DNA of 64,000 nt from Candidatus Binatia bacterium (lineage in GTDB: Bacteria > Desulfobacterota > Binatia > Bin18): positions 96,001-160,000 of the forward strand of contig OY761159.2 of assembly GCA_963664395.2 (NCBI GenBank), given 5' to 3'. Under the pieces are notes generated by a model, which saw only the letters and a program-made list of their open reading frames with translations, did not search any database and had not been told where the DNA came from. Of the stretch, positions 52,101-60,579 are shown in pieces. Positions within the stretch are counted from its first letter, which is position 1. The number at the start of each line of letters is the position of its first letter. Made by a program: the position numbers and the translations under genes.

Positions 52101-55100
52101 CCCGTCAGCGTGGGTGGTTCATCCACATCGGTGACACGGAAAGTGATGGCGTGCCGTCTGATGTGAATCCCAGCGCGGGCGGTCACGGTCATCTCATAGA
52201 CGTTGTTGCGGTTGGCATCGGCGGGTCTCTCGTAGTCGGGCGGGGTGCGGAAACGCAGGACGCCGCGGGTAATAGAAATGTTAAAGACGCCACGGTCGTC
52301 TCCGAATCCTGACCATATTGGGGACACGCCCTCCGGGTCGGTGATGATGTATTTCGCAACCGGCCCGGTGCCGTTCTCGGCATACGACGAGACGCGGAAC
52401 AGCTCTGTAAGCGTGTGTACTTCATCCACGTTGGTGACAGTGACGGTGACGGGCAGTGTAGCGGGGCTGGAGGTCCCATCCGAGGCGACCACGGTCACTT
52501 CATAGACGTTGTTGTCACCGGCGTCGGTGGGCAACTCGTAGTTAGGAGCGGTACGGAAGCTCAGGATACCGTTGCTGATGGAGAAGTCATCGTGGTCGGT
52601 TCCAGCTAGCGGCAACCAAGTGAGTGCCTTCTTCTCCGGGTCGGTGGCGTCGTATTCAGCGACCGGGAGAATGTTGTTCTCGGCATACGGGACACTGTCT
52701 TGGCCGCTCAGCGTGGGCGATTCATCCACATCGGTGATGGTGATGGTCACGGTGATGGAATCGGCGTCGGCGGTGGGATCGTCGGTCGTCACGGGGTCGG
52801 TGGCCGTCACGATGACGACGTAGCTGTCCTTGGTTCCCTCGTAGTCCAGCGCCGTCCCCGAGGCTACCGATAGTTGGCCGGTGCTGTCATCGATATCAAA
52901 CGAGCGGACGTCGGTGCCTGAAAGCGTGTAAGTCAAAGTCTCATTGTTGGGATCGGTCGCCACGACCGGGACACCGACGTTGGTGCCGGTGGTCGCACTC
53001 TCATCGACGCTCCGGGTGGCGGCGGCGCCGTCCGCAAAGTAGGGCGTGTCGCTTGAGGGCGTCTCGGTGGCCGTGTCTGACCACACGCCGTCGCCCTGGG
53101 CGTTGACCGCCTGCACCTGCACGTCGTAGGCCACGTCATCGTCCAGGCCGCTGATAGTGTATTGCAGAGCGCCGGAGGTCGCGGGGTCAACGACGGTCCA
53201 GTTGGCGGCGGCCGTCTCGTCATCCGTGGTCTTGATAGAGCGCACATCGTAGGCGGTGACGGCGGAGGCGCCGCTGTTGTCCGGCGCCTGCCAGGCAACG
53301 GTGAGTGCGCCGGGCCCCGGCGTCACTGCGTCGATGTCCGGTGCGTCGGGGGTGAACCGGTAGCCGTAGACGGTCAGGCTCCACGACTTCAACGTGCCGG
53401 AGGAACCGGATACGCGGTCGCTGATGCGCAGTGTCCACTCCCCGGCGGGATTCTCGCCCAGGTGCTTGGCCGAGCCGAACCGGAAGCTCCTCCGTAAGCT
53501 GTATTCCTCCTCTATGATTATGGCGGCGGTTCTATGATCGTAGGGAACGGACAGGACAGAAATCTTCCCCGACGGGGAGGTCAACTCTACCTGTAAGTTA
53601 CGGAAGTATCTGTGGTCGAAGTCAGTATTGATTTCGACGAACTCGATGAACTCGACCGTCGAGTCCATAGTGATGCTACTCGTGACCCAGGAGCGCGAAT
53701 CGGGAATACTCAGAGAGCCACCGGTGAAGGGTGCGGCGTCTGTGGTAGCCTTGGTCAGTTCCGGAACAAGGGTCCAGCCGTCGGCCAAATCCACGGCGGC
53801 CTTGGCGTCCACCACCCCGAAGCCGTACTCGTGGTTGAAGTGGTAGCGCTCCGTGTCAGAGTCGTATTGCAGCGCCCCGTCCTCCCAGCCGGTGTTGTCC
53901 GGGTCGTTCTTGCGGGCGGACGCGGCCAGGATGAGCTTCACGTCCCGCCAGCTCAGGGCGGTATTGGCGCTGCGTACCAGCGCGGCCACGCCGGAGACGA
54001 TGGGAGCGGCCGCACTGGTGCCGCCAAAGTCGTTCCTGTAGAGGTCGTCGTTGTCGGTGGTGGTGATCCCGTGGCGACCGCGGGTGCGGTCATTCGACGG
54101 CGCGCAGACCCACAGGTTGGCACCCTCTTCCGAATACGCGGAGCGCTCGCCCTGGTCGTTCACCGCGCAGACCGCAGTCACGCCGTAGTGGTTGGCGTAC
54201 CCGCCTAAGTTGGAGTTGTCTCTCCGCAAGGCCCCGTTTCCGGCGGTCCAGACATAGAAGATGCCCTTGTCGTCAAAACCTTCTGTGATGCCTTTTTCTA
54301 TCGCCATCTCCCAGATTCTGGGAGCGGCGTCCAGTCCGGGCCCGTCGCGCGGTCCCCAACTGTTGTTGGAGACGGCTGTGGTATCCAGATTGCGTTTCGC
54401 GGCGTCCGCTTCGTTTTTATCGGTGAAATCCAGGAGGAGGTTGTAGCCGTAGATCGTCGCCTGGGGCGCCACTCCCCGCACGCCCAGGCTGTTATCCCGC
54501 GCCGCGATGATGCCCGCCACCGCCGTACCGTGGTCTTCGGCGGGATCGTAGATGTCGTTCCCGCCGGTGTAATCGTGGTTGCGCGCTGTATTCACGTTGG
54601 CGCTCAGATCCTCGTGCGTATAATCCATGCCGTCGTCGACCACGGCCACATTGATACCAGCCCCCAGGTTGTTGTCGTCCCAGACCTCTTCGACGTTGAT
54701 GTCCTCGCCTGACGTCCCGCCTGTGAGCTGCCCCGTGTTGTTCAGATGCCACTGACAACCGTACAGCAGGTCGCTGATTGTGTCATCGATATCCGCACAG
54801 TCGGCTAGAAATCTGTTGTAGCTCGCGTCTTCAAACGCGCGAATGGTGTACGGCCCGGTGTCGTCACTGTCAATCACCGTGCCGCTACTGTTCTGGAGTT
54901 CGCCCACGGTATCGAGAGCGCCGGTCGTCCAGATGAGCAGGCCGGTCTCTTCGGTCAGGGTGAACGTGAAGTAATCCACGTCGGTCCCTGGGTCGATCAC
55001 CCCTTCCATAGCGGTGTCCAGCGTCAGGCTCGTCGCCTCCGAAGCGCTGTCCCCATGATCCGGGGCGCCCGTTTCCGTGGTGGACCAGGTGCCGTCGCCG

Positions 55101-55471
55101 GTGGCGTTGACCGCCCGTACCTGCACGTCATATTCCGTGCTGTCGGTCAGACCGGAGAGGGTGGTGGACAGGGCGCCGTCGCCGGATTCCCAGACCTTTT
55201 CTTCCACGATCCAGTTGGCGTCGTCCGTCTCGTCGTCGGCAGTCTTGATAAAGCGCACATCGTAGGCTTCGATGGCCGAGCCGCCGGTGTCGGCGGGTGC
55301 GGTCCAGGTCACGACCAGGGTGAGACCGAGCGAACTGCTGCTACCCGCCGTAACCGTGGTGATGCTGGGCGCGCCGGGTGCAGTCTGCGCCCAGGCGTCA
55401 CCAGCGACCAGCAAGCAAAACAGCACCCAGCCTGCCGTCCGTAGTAGAGTTTTTCCCACGAGTAAGCGCAT
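49139..55471 (-). CDS. Giant secreted kexin/furin-like S8 protease: FN3, PPC-like, S8, P-domain, FN3, multiple cadherin/Ig repeats, Pro/Gly linker, PPC-like domain, conserved C-terminal domain
   Basis: VAVVDDG, HGTAVAG, GGTSAAAP triad; WTAGNG; GENPAGEWTL P-domain; LDYE/PDYE/DVDE cadherin motifs; ends WQQNSQNFVITDVR. Confidence 0.92.
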   Translation of the reverse strand: MRLLVGKTLLRTAGWVLFCLLVAGDAWAQTAPGAPSITTVTAGSSSSLGLTLVVTWTAPADTGGSAIEAYDVRFIKTADDETDDANWIVEEKVWESGDGALSTTLSGLTDSTEYDVQVRAVNATGDGTWSTTETGAPDHGDSASEATSLTLDTAMEGVIDPGTDVDYFTFTLTEETGLLIWTTGALDTVGELQNSSGTVIDSDDTGPYTIRAFEDASYNRFLADCADIDDTISDLLYGCQWHLNNTGQLTGGTSGEDINVEEVWDDNNLGAGINVAVVDDGMDYTHEDLSANVNTARNHDYTGGNDIYDPAEDHGTAVAGIIAARDNSLGVRGVAPQATIYGYNLLLDFTDKNEADAAKRNLDTTAVSNNSWGPRDGPGLDAAPRIWEMAIEKGITEGFDDKGIFYVWTAGNGALRRDNSNLGGYANHYGVTAVCAVNDQGERSAYSEEGANLWVCAPSNDRTRGRHGITTTDNDDLYRNDFGGTSAAAPIVSGVAALVRSANTALSWRDVKLILAASARKNDPDNTGWEDGALQYDSDTERYHFNHEYGFGVVDAKAAVDLADGWTLVPELTKATTDAAPFTGGSLSIPDSRSWVTSSITMDSTVEFIEFVEINTDFDHRYFRNLQVELTSPSGKISVLSVPYDHRTAAIIIEEEYSLRRSFRFGSAKHLGENPAGEWTLRISDRVSGSSGTLKSWSLTVYGYRFTPDAPDIDAVTPGPGALTVAWQAPDNSGASAVTAYDVRSIKTTDDETAAANWTVVDPATSGALQYTISGLDDDVAYDVQVQAVNAQGDGVWSDTATETPSSDTPYFADGAAATRSVDESATTGTNVGVPVVATDPNNETLTYTLSGTDVRSFDIDDSTGQLSVASGTALDYEGTKDSYVVIVTATDPVTTDDPTADADSITVTITITDVDESPTLSGQDSVPYAENNILPVAEYDATDPEKKALTWLPLAGTDHDDFSISNGILSFRTAPNYELPTDAGDNNVYEVTVVASDGTSSPATLPVTVTVTNVDEVHTLTELFRVSSYAENGTGPVAKYIITDPEGVSPIWSGFGDDRGVFNISITRGVLRFRTPPDYERPADANRNNVYEMTVTARAGIHIRRHAITFRVTDVDEPPTLTGPTSVPLYDENNTAQVARYTATDPEGATVIWSVTGNDDDDFTITNGVLNFAPAPNFEARADADGNNNYEVTVVASDGDLTTPQPLTVTVNNLDEAGSLTLSSEQPQEATALTATLSDPDIVSDSTWVWERSSDRSTWTVIDGETSNSYTPASDDVGDSLRVRVTYTDGYDDPVSKELQRMAANPVRDEQGRNPPQFPAATTTRSVQENAAAESPVGAPVTATDADEVDKDLLTYTLSGADTGSFDLNPDTGQLTVAEGTELDRETKDSYAVTVTATDPSGASASIVVTIDISDVDEPLTLTGRTSVPYEENDTGIVATFSATDPEQEPLTWALAGADRNAFEDINLNGGILRFLTPPDYEAASSYTVTVEASAGSHTARQTVTVSVTNVNESPTLTGPIAINDYEENDTGPVATYRATDPEHDPIRWVLSGADRTTFSINNGVLTFLIPPNREEATDFNRDNDYEVTVEAFDGELTAGLPVTVTVTNEDEAGNLTLSSVQPQVDTALTAILTDPDGLVSTDWVWERSQDKQTWEAVRGTPAASYTPETDDEGWYLRVTVTYTDGADLNETKSAQIVAPHAVRTAPVNNAPPAFPAPSATLTVGANAGAGSRVGTVRAEDPEDYPLTYTLDEKDADAACFDIDWISGQITVGPGGLSPCADQVTRSLGQRTISTKADEPQKPYQVTVIASDPSGESDEVPVFITVSSSPPRPPGPPGPGPGPGGGGGGGGGGGGRGPDCTEDLHGNSAAQATDIALSATTAGAICPAADVDYLTVTAPGRGLVFVDTFGGVQTRGTIWQNDRILASGSTRGDPQDDRLGALVQAGPVVVAVQGQGGATGGYDVVVTFVQGYLENPGDLSFQSGVGVLSGWVCDADRVELELNGAPQVAAYGTERLDTASVCGDTDNGFGLLFNWNLLGDGEHEVVAFVDGVELGRATVRVTTVGEGAEEEFLRGAEGECVVEDFPRLGQNVLLEWQQNSQNFVITDVR

Positions 55472-55510
55472 GGTCTTGGGTCAGTGGCTAGTAGTGCCTC
55501 ACTTTGTATT

Positions 55511-55597
55511 GCCCCCCTCACCCCAGCCCTCTCCCTCCAGGGGAGAGGGAGTAGGACATTCCCTCCCCCCCGTGAGGGGGAGGGCCAGGGAGGGGGG
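55511..55597. repeat. REP-like inverted pair
   Basis: CCCTCACCCCAGCCCTCTCCCTCCAGGGGAGAGGG ... CCCTCCCCCCCGTGAGGGGGAGGGCCAGGGAGGGGG. Confidence 0.7.
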
Positions 55598-55651
55598 AGC
55601 TGTGCAGGCAGAGGTGAAGGGCGCTGTGAAACTGAGACATTACCCGGTCGC

Positions 55652-56245
55652 TCACCTTGTTGTATGTTCTCTCCACCAGTTGGGGCTGGAGATGCGCACC
55701 CCGTCCTGCGCGGCCAGCGTGTTGGCCAAATTCAGGGACGCAAAGCCCGGCGCGGTCTCCACAAAAAAGCTGTTGGCGGCAACCTCCAAGTCTGACACCC
55801 GGCTCAGCTTGACCCGGTTGCGGGCGAAAAAGGCATTGGTCTGCGTCTCGCTCCACTCCGCCTCCAGCACCAGCAGGACACCGCCGGGCAAGGTCATCAG
55901 GGTGCCCGAGGATTCGGACCGGAACACCGGTTGCCCGGTGCTCCGCCTGGAGCTGTCGTTGGTCACGATGTGCTCCCCGCTGCCTCTGGCGACGCTGCTG
56001 TCCCCGCTCACCTCCAGGTCGGACTGCAACTGCACCCGCACGGTGCGATCGCCATCTTCGTAGGTGTAGATCTGCCCCTGGCTACTTTGGCCGGAGTCGC
56101 CGCGCGTTTGGGGACTACGCTGTTTCAGGGCGGGAGAGCGCTTGTCTGCAGAAGGCGGGTCGATTGATTCAAACTCAAGCGGCTGCGCCCACGCACCTGG
56201 CGAGGCAACCACTGCCACAACAAATAGAACGATACGAAGGTCCAT
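55652..56245 (-). CDS. Secreted protein resembling a stand-alone S8 propeptide / external chaperone
   Basis: Signal peptide ending AWA; PVF...TLPGGVLL...SLNLANTLAAQDGVRISSPNWW pattern; directly upstream of the protease. Confidence 0.6.
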   Translation of the reverse strand: MDLRIVLFVVAVVASPGAWAQPLEFESIDPPSADKRSPALKQRSPQTRGDSGQSSQGQIYTYEDGDRTVRVQLQSDLEVSGDSSVARGSGEHIVTNDSSRRSTGQPVFRSESSGTLMTLPGGVLLVLEAEWSETQTNAFFARNRVKLSRVSDLEVAANSFFVETAPGFASLNLANTLAAQDGVRISSPNWWREHTTR

Positions 56246-56524
56246 TAACCGTCTGTACAACGACTACCGGCCATCCGCTACTGTCAAATGATAGATAAAT
56301 GCGTTTCCCGGCGCTCCGTCCCCGCTCCTCTCTTGCGCCAGCCCCAGGCTCTCAAGACGGGAGCGGGACTCAACTTTTTTCAAAGGGAGACACTACCCAT
56401 TCTCGGTATTGTGGCAGACCAGATTATCCAGCAATCGGAGATAAACATGAGACAGCAGAGATCAGCGTATCAGTGGCCAGCCACCCCACCGGGGCGGCTG
56501 GCATAGACACAGCGACCTGCGCCT

Positions 56525-57931
56525 CTACACCTTGGGCTGTCTGGTATGCCATTCGGTTGCTTGTTCGTAGGCGTGGGCGGCCTGCATGATCGTGCCCTCT
56601 TCTCCATGACGCCCAACAAGCTGAAGGCTGAGCGGTAAGCCCTCGTCCGTAAATCCGCACGGCAGGTTGACCGTCGGACTTCCACTGAAATCCATAGGCG
56701 CGGTAAAGGCCAACAAGGACGGAATGTTTTCAGGCGGTAAGACAGATTGCGGCGAGAAATCTTTGATCGCCATTGGCGGGGTCGCCATAGCCGGGCACAG
56801 CAGTATATCCACCTGCTGCAAGACCTCGTCAATCAGCCGGCGGGTGTGCTGCCGGGCAATATGGACTTTGACGTAGTGGGCGCCAGTGACTTTGACCCCG
56901 TCTTCTAAGAGAGCCCGGAACGTTGGTCCATATTCATCGGCCCGAGACGGAAAGGTCTCTGCGTGCGCAGCCGCAGCTTCTGCCGCGCACATGGCGTACC
57001 AGAGCGGCGTGGCATCATTGATCCCTGACACATCAACCTCGTGAATCTCAGCCCCCAAGTCCTTAAAAACCTGGACCGTGGCCAGCACGGCGTTGCGCAC
57101 GACCGGGTCAACGCCTTTGGTACAGTAGGCTTCGTCCACCCCAATTTGCAGACCCTGGGCGCCGTTGTATACGGTGTCCATGTAATCGCGCACCGTTTCG
57201 CGACGGGTGGTTGGATCGTTGGGGTCAAAGCCGGCAATCGTTCGTAGAATCGCTGCGGCGTCAGCCACCCTGCGCGTCATTGGCCCAACATGATCCAGGC
57301 TTTCTCCCAGGGGAAAGACGCCATAGCGGCTGACTTTGCCATAGGTTGGTTTTACCCCAACAATGCCGCAGGCAGCGGATGGGAAACGGATCGAACCGCC
57401 CGTGTCCGAGCCTAATGAGCCAAAACACAAGGAGGCTGCGGTCGCAGCGCCCGACCCACTCGACGACGCCCCCGGCCAATGGTCTGCGCTCCACGGATTT
57501 ATTGGCGGTTGCATGGATGGGTGGTAGCCGGACAGAGCAAACTCGGTCATCGCCAGTTTGCCCAGCATGACGGCGCCGGCTGCATAAAACTTATCAACTA
57601 CGGTTGCATTGAAGTCAGGTTTGAAATCCGCATACATCGGCGACGCCGCAGTGGTTGGAATCCCTTTGGTGTAACACAGGTCTTTGACCGCAATCGGCAC
57701 CCCATGCAGCAACCCTCGATACCTGCCGTTTTGGATTTCTTGTTCAGCCGCTTTGGCCTGTTCCAAAGCAAGGTCTGCCGTTACCGTAATATAGCTGTGG
57801 AGCGTGCCGTCGAGATCGTTAATGCGTTCGAGCATGGCCTGGGTCAACTCGATCGGCGAGACCTTTTTTCTCCTGATCAGCCCGGCAACCTCAGTCAGCG
57901 TTTTCGTACACAGTTCAGAAACGTCCGCCAT
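56525..57931 (-). CDS. Amidase (amidase signature family)
   Basis: HGVPIAVKD, GASSSGS, GSDTGGSIRFP. Confidence 0.95.
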   Translation of the reverse strand: MADVSELCTKTLTEVAGLIRRKKVSPIELTQAMLERINDLDGTLHSYITVTADLALEQAKAAEQEIQNGRYRGLLHGVPIAVKDLCYTKGIPTTAASPMYADFKPDFNATVVDKFYAAGAVMLGKLAMTEFALSGYHPSMQPPINPWSADHWPGASSSGSGAATAASLCFGSLGSDTGGSIRFPSAACGIVGVKPTYGKVSRYGVFPLGESLDHVGPMTRRVADAAAILRTIAGFDPNDPTTRRETVRDYMDTVYNGAQGLQIGVDEAYCTKGVDPVVRNAVLATVQVFKDLGAEIHEVDVSGINDATPLWYAMCAAEAAAAHAETFPSRADEYGPTFRALLEDGVKVTGAHYVKVHIARQHTRRLIDEVLQQVDILLCPAMATPPMAIKDFSPQSVLPPENIPSLLAFTAPMDFSGSPTVNLPCGFTDEGLPLSLQLVGRHGEEGTIMQAAHAYEQATEWHTRQPKV

Positions 57932-58000
57932 AGTGTGGTCCTCCTTCTACGTCTCCCTTAGCACTTTCTCTTATCAAAGGAAAAGCTACAATGCCTGACC

Positions 58001-58555
58001 ATGGCATATCACCCTGCCCTGCTCAGGGCAGTTAAAGATTTTAATTCCGGTCGCTATTTTGAAGCCCATGAACATTTGGAAGAAGCTCTGGATGACGTGG
58101 AAGACGATGACAATACCTGGGAGATGTTCGTCGGCCTCATTCAAATCGCGGTGGGCTATCATAAATATGTCTCTGGCCATCCGGGGGGAGCAAAAATGCT
58201 GGGGAAGGGGTTGAAGAAAGTCTCGCCCCTCCCAGAGGAGTGTGCCGGCGTCCGGTTGGAGTCGCTCCGCCAGCGCGTTCGGCAAGATGGAGAATCTGGA
58301 GAATCTGGAGAATCTGGAGAATCTGGAGAATCTGGAGAATCTGGAGAATCTGGAGAATCAGATACATATCCGGGCGTCTTCACCAAGAATTCAATTAGTG
58401 CGCACGTAGGCACGGCTGAGAGGAGATTTCATGGAGTACGGAAGGAATATTTGCATACCCACAAACGCGAAGGTCTGGCTCATGACAACACTCATCGTCA
58501 CCAGCTTCGGTTTCCAGCCTGCCCCTTCGCATGGAGACCAGCATGCGTCCGCTGA
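58001..58555 (+). CDS. DUF309-domain protein with GES repeat; C-terminus uncertain
   Basis: FNSGRYFEAHEHLEE, GLIQIAVG.H; the tail overlaps the next gene by 125 nt. Confidence 0.75.
   Translation: MAYHPALLRAVKDFNSGRYFEAHEHLEEALDDVEDDDNTWEMFVGLIQIAVGYHKYVSGHPGGAKMLGKGLKKVSPLPEECAGVRLESLRQRVRQDGESGESGESGESGESGESGESGESDTYPGVFTKNSISAHVGTAERRFHGVRKEYLHTHKREGLAHDNTHRHQLRFPACPFAWRPACVR
58288..58359 (+). repeat. Perfect 9-bp VNTR (TGGAGAATC)x8
   Basis: Directly visible. Confidence 0.97.
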
Positions 58556-59216
58556 CAAAGGAGGGGTGCAATCCGCCCCACTTGATCTTGCCGTTGTCGA
58601 TAAATTACTGACGACCACGCGCACGGTGCGGAGACGGCTCGACCTGACCCGGCCGGTTGAACCGGAGATTATTGAAGAGGTCATAGGGATCGCCCTCCAG
58701 GCACCGAGCGGCAGTAACCGGCAGAATTGGCGTTTTATGGTCGTGACTGACCCCGACAAGAAAAAGATCATCGGGGATCTGTACCGACACAGTTTTGAGA
58801 ATTATGCCGGTCCACGTCCCACTGGCTCACCGACAACTTCGGGTCAGCGCATTGCCGCCTCAGCGTGGCATCTGTCCGACCATATGCATGAGGTGCCCGT
58901 GCTGATTATCGGCTGCATTGAGGGTCGGCCGGACGACCCGAGCCCGGTGGCACAAGCTGGTCTGTACGGCTCGATCCTGCCGTCGGCCTGGTCGTTGATG
59001 TTAGCCCTGCGCGCCCGCGGACTCGGTTCTGCCTGGACAACGTTGCACTTGGTTGAAGAACGCAAAGTTGCTGAAGCCCTCGGCATCCCCGACTCCGTCA
59101 CCCAGGCCGTCCTGCTGCCGGTTGCCTATTACACGGGAAAAGACTTCAAGCCCGCAAGGCGGCGACCAGGGAAAGAGGTGACCTATTGGAATACCTGGGG
59201 GGCAGGCCGCAAATAG
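58431..59216 (+). CDS. Nitroreductase family protein
   Basis: LLTTTRTVRRR, QAPSGSNRQNWRF, ALRARGLGSAW. Confidence 0.9.
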   Translation: MEYGRNICIPTNAKVWLMTTLIVTSFGFQPAPSHGDQHASADKGGVQSAPLDLAVVDKLLTTTRTVRRRLDLTRPVEPEIIEEVIGIALQAPSGSNRQNWRFMVVTDPDKKKIIGDLYRHSFENYAGPRPTGSPTTSGQRIAASAWHLSDHMHEVPVLIIGCIEGRPDDPSPVAQAGLYGSILPSAWSLMLALRARGLGSAWTTLHLVEERKVAEALGIPDSVTQAVLLPVAYYTGKDFKPARRRPGKEVTYWNTWGAGRK

Positions 59217-59278
59217 ACAGGGTTAGTGGAAAATGTTCCGTACCTGTAGCGGACAAATCTGAGCGGGCTTCCTCGGAC

Positions 59279-60553
59279 TCACAGCCGCAAAATCGCCCCC
59301 CGGCCTTCGAGTTGCTGTTGGAGCTTTTTCACATCCAGCGCTTTTGGGTCGAGCCCGTTTTGCACGGCCAGAGCCGCCGCCGTCCCTGCGGCTTCGCCGG
59401 TTGCCATGCAGGCCGGGATTTCCTTGGTGGCGTGATGGACGCGATGATCGACGGAGATGCAGCGACCGGCCACAAGCAGATTTGAGAATTCTTTGGGGAG
59501 AAGTGAGCGGTACGGAATATAGTAGAGACTTTCGTATTGGGTCCAATGACCGGTGATGGCAATCACGTCCTCACAGGGTGTATCCATCTCTGCTCGGCTG
59601 AGCATATGCTCGCCGACTAAGCGCCGGCTTTCGGTGATGCCGAGTTGGTCGGCAATGTGGCACAGGTAGGCATTCCGAAAGCCGGGAGCCTCTTTCCGCA
59701 AACGATCAACCTCTGCCATGACCTGCTTACGGCATTCCAACTCAGCATAGGTCAGATCGTCGGGATCAGTCGCATCAATCTTTCTGGAAATCTTGTCGGT
59801 CGCGCCCCACGGCAACAAGACTTTGTCCTTACCGATAGTATGGAAAAACCAGCCGCCAGCGCGAATAGCGGCATCAGTGTTTTCTACCCCGCCCATAGAG
59901 AACCACAGCCAGGGCAGCACTTTTTCTTTTTCGTACTCAGACCCGGCTGAGACAAAAATATCGCCATCCCCGCTGGCGTCGATGACGACGTCTGCCAGGA
60001 TAGCAAAGCGGCCGGATTTCCCCTGAAACGTTACACCGGTAATGCGGTCATCCTCTACGAGGGCATCACAGGCATGCGAGTGCATAAGCAATTGCACCTG
60101 AGCGTCTTCAACCATGCCGTTCAGGGCAAACTTCAGCTCTTCAGGATCATAGGCGACCGAATAGCGCACGCGATGCGGTCCGTGCCCCCAGACCAGCCCC
60201 CAGGACTGGTCACGTTGGACAAGCGCTTCATCCTCGCGGCCCCATTCGTCTTGTGATGGAAATTGGGCCGCGCCGCGCTGGTCCAAGCGCTCGGTCACTT
60301 CTTGACATAAACCACCGACCACCTGCCGCCCGCGGCCGTCATCAAGCGTCAGCAGCAGAATAATCATGCCACCCGTGGCCAGGCCGCCAAGATATCCGAG
60401 GCGCTCAACCAGGATAACGTCAGCCCCCTGGCGTGCCGCAGCAACAGCGGCCGATACGCCGGCCGAGCCGCCGCCAACAACGAGGACTTGGGTTTCGGCC
60501 TTAACGGGTGTTGAGCGCGGAGGCTCTTCAATGAAACGGAGCGGCTTCGCCAT
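59279..60553 (-). CDS. FAD-dependent oxidoreductase
   Basis: VVGGGSAG, IDASGDGD, IPYRSLLP..NLLVAGRC, GEAAG. Confidence 0.9.
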   Translation of the reverse strand: MAKPLRFIEEPPRSTPVKAETQVLVVGGGSAGVSAAVAAARQGADVILVERLGYLGGLATGGMIILLLTLDDGRGRQVVGGLCQEVTERLDQRGAAQFPSQDEWGREDEALVQRDQSWGLVWGHGPHRVRYSVAYDPEELKFALNGMVEDAQVQLLMHSHACDALVEDDRITGVTFQGKSGRFAILADVVIDASGDGDIFVSAGSEYEKEKVLPWLWFSMGGVENTDAAIRAGGWFFHTIGKDKVLLPWGATDKISRKIDATDPDDLTYAELECRKQVMAEVDRLRKEAPGFRNAYLCHIADQLGITESRRLVGEHMLSRAEMDTPCEDVIAITGHWTQYESLYYIPYRSLLPKEFSNLLVAGRCISVDHRVHHATKEIPACMATGEAAGTAAALAVQNGLDPKALDVKKLQQQLEGRGAILRL

Positions 60554-60579
60554 ACAGGCTCTTTTCTCGGTCCGATTGC

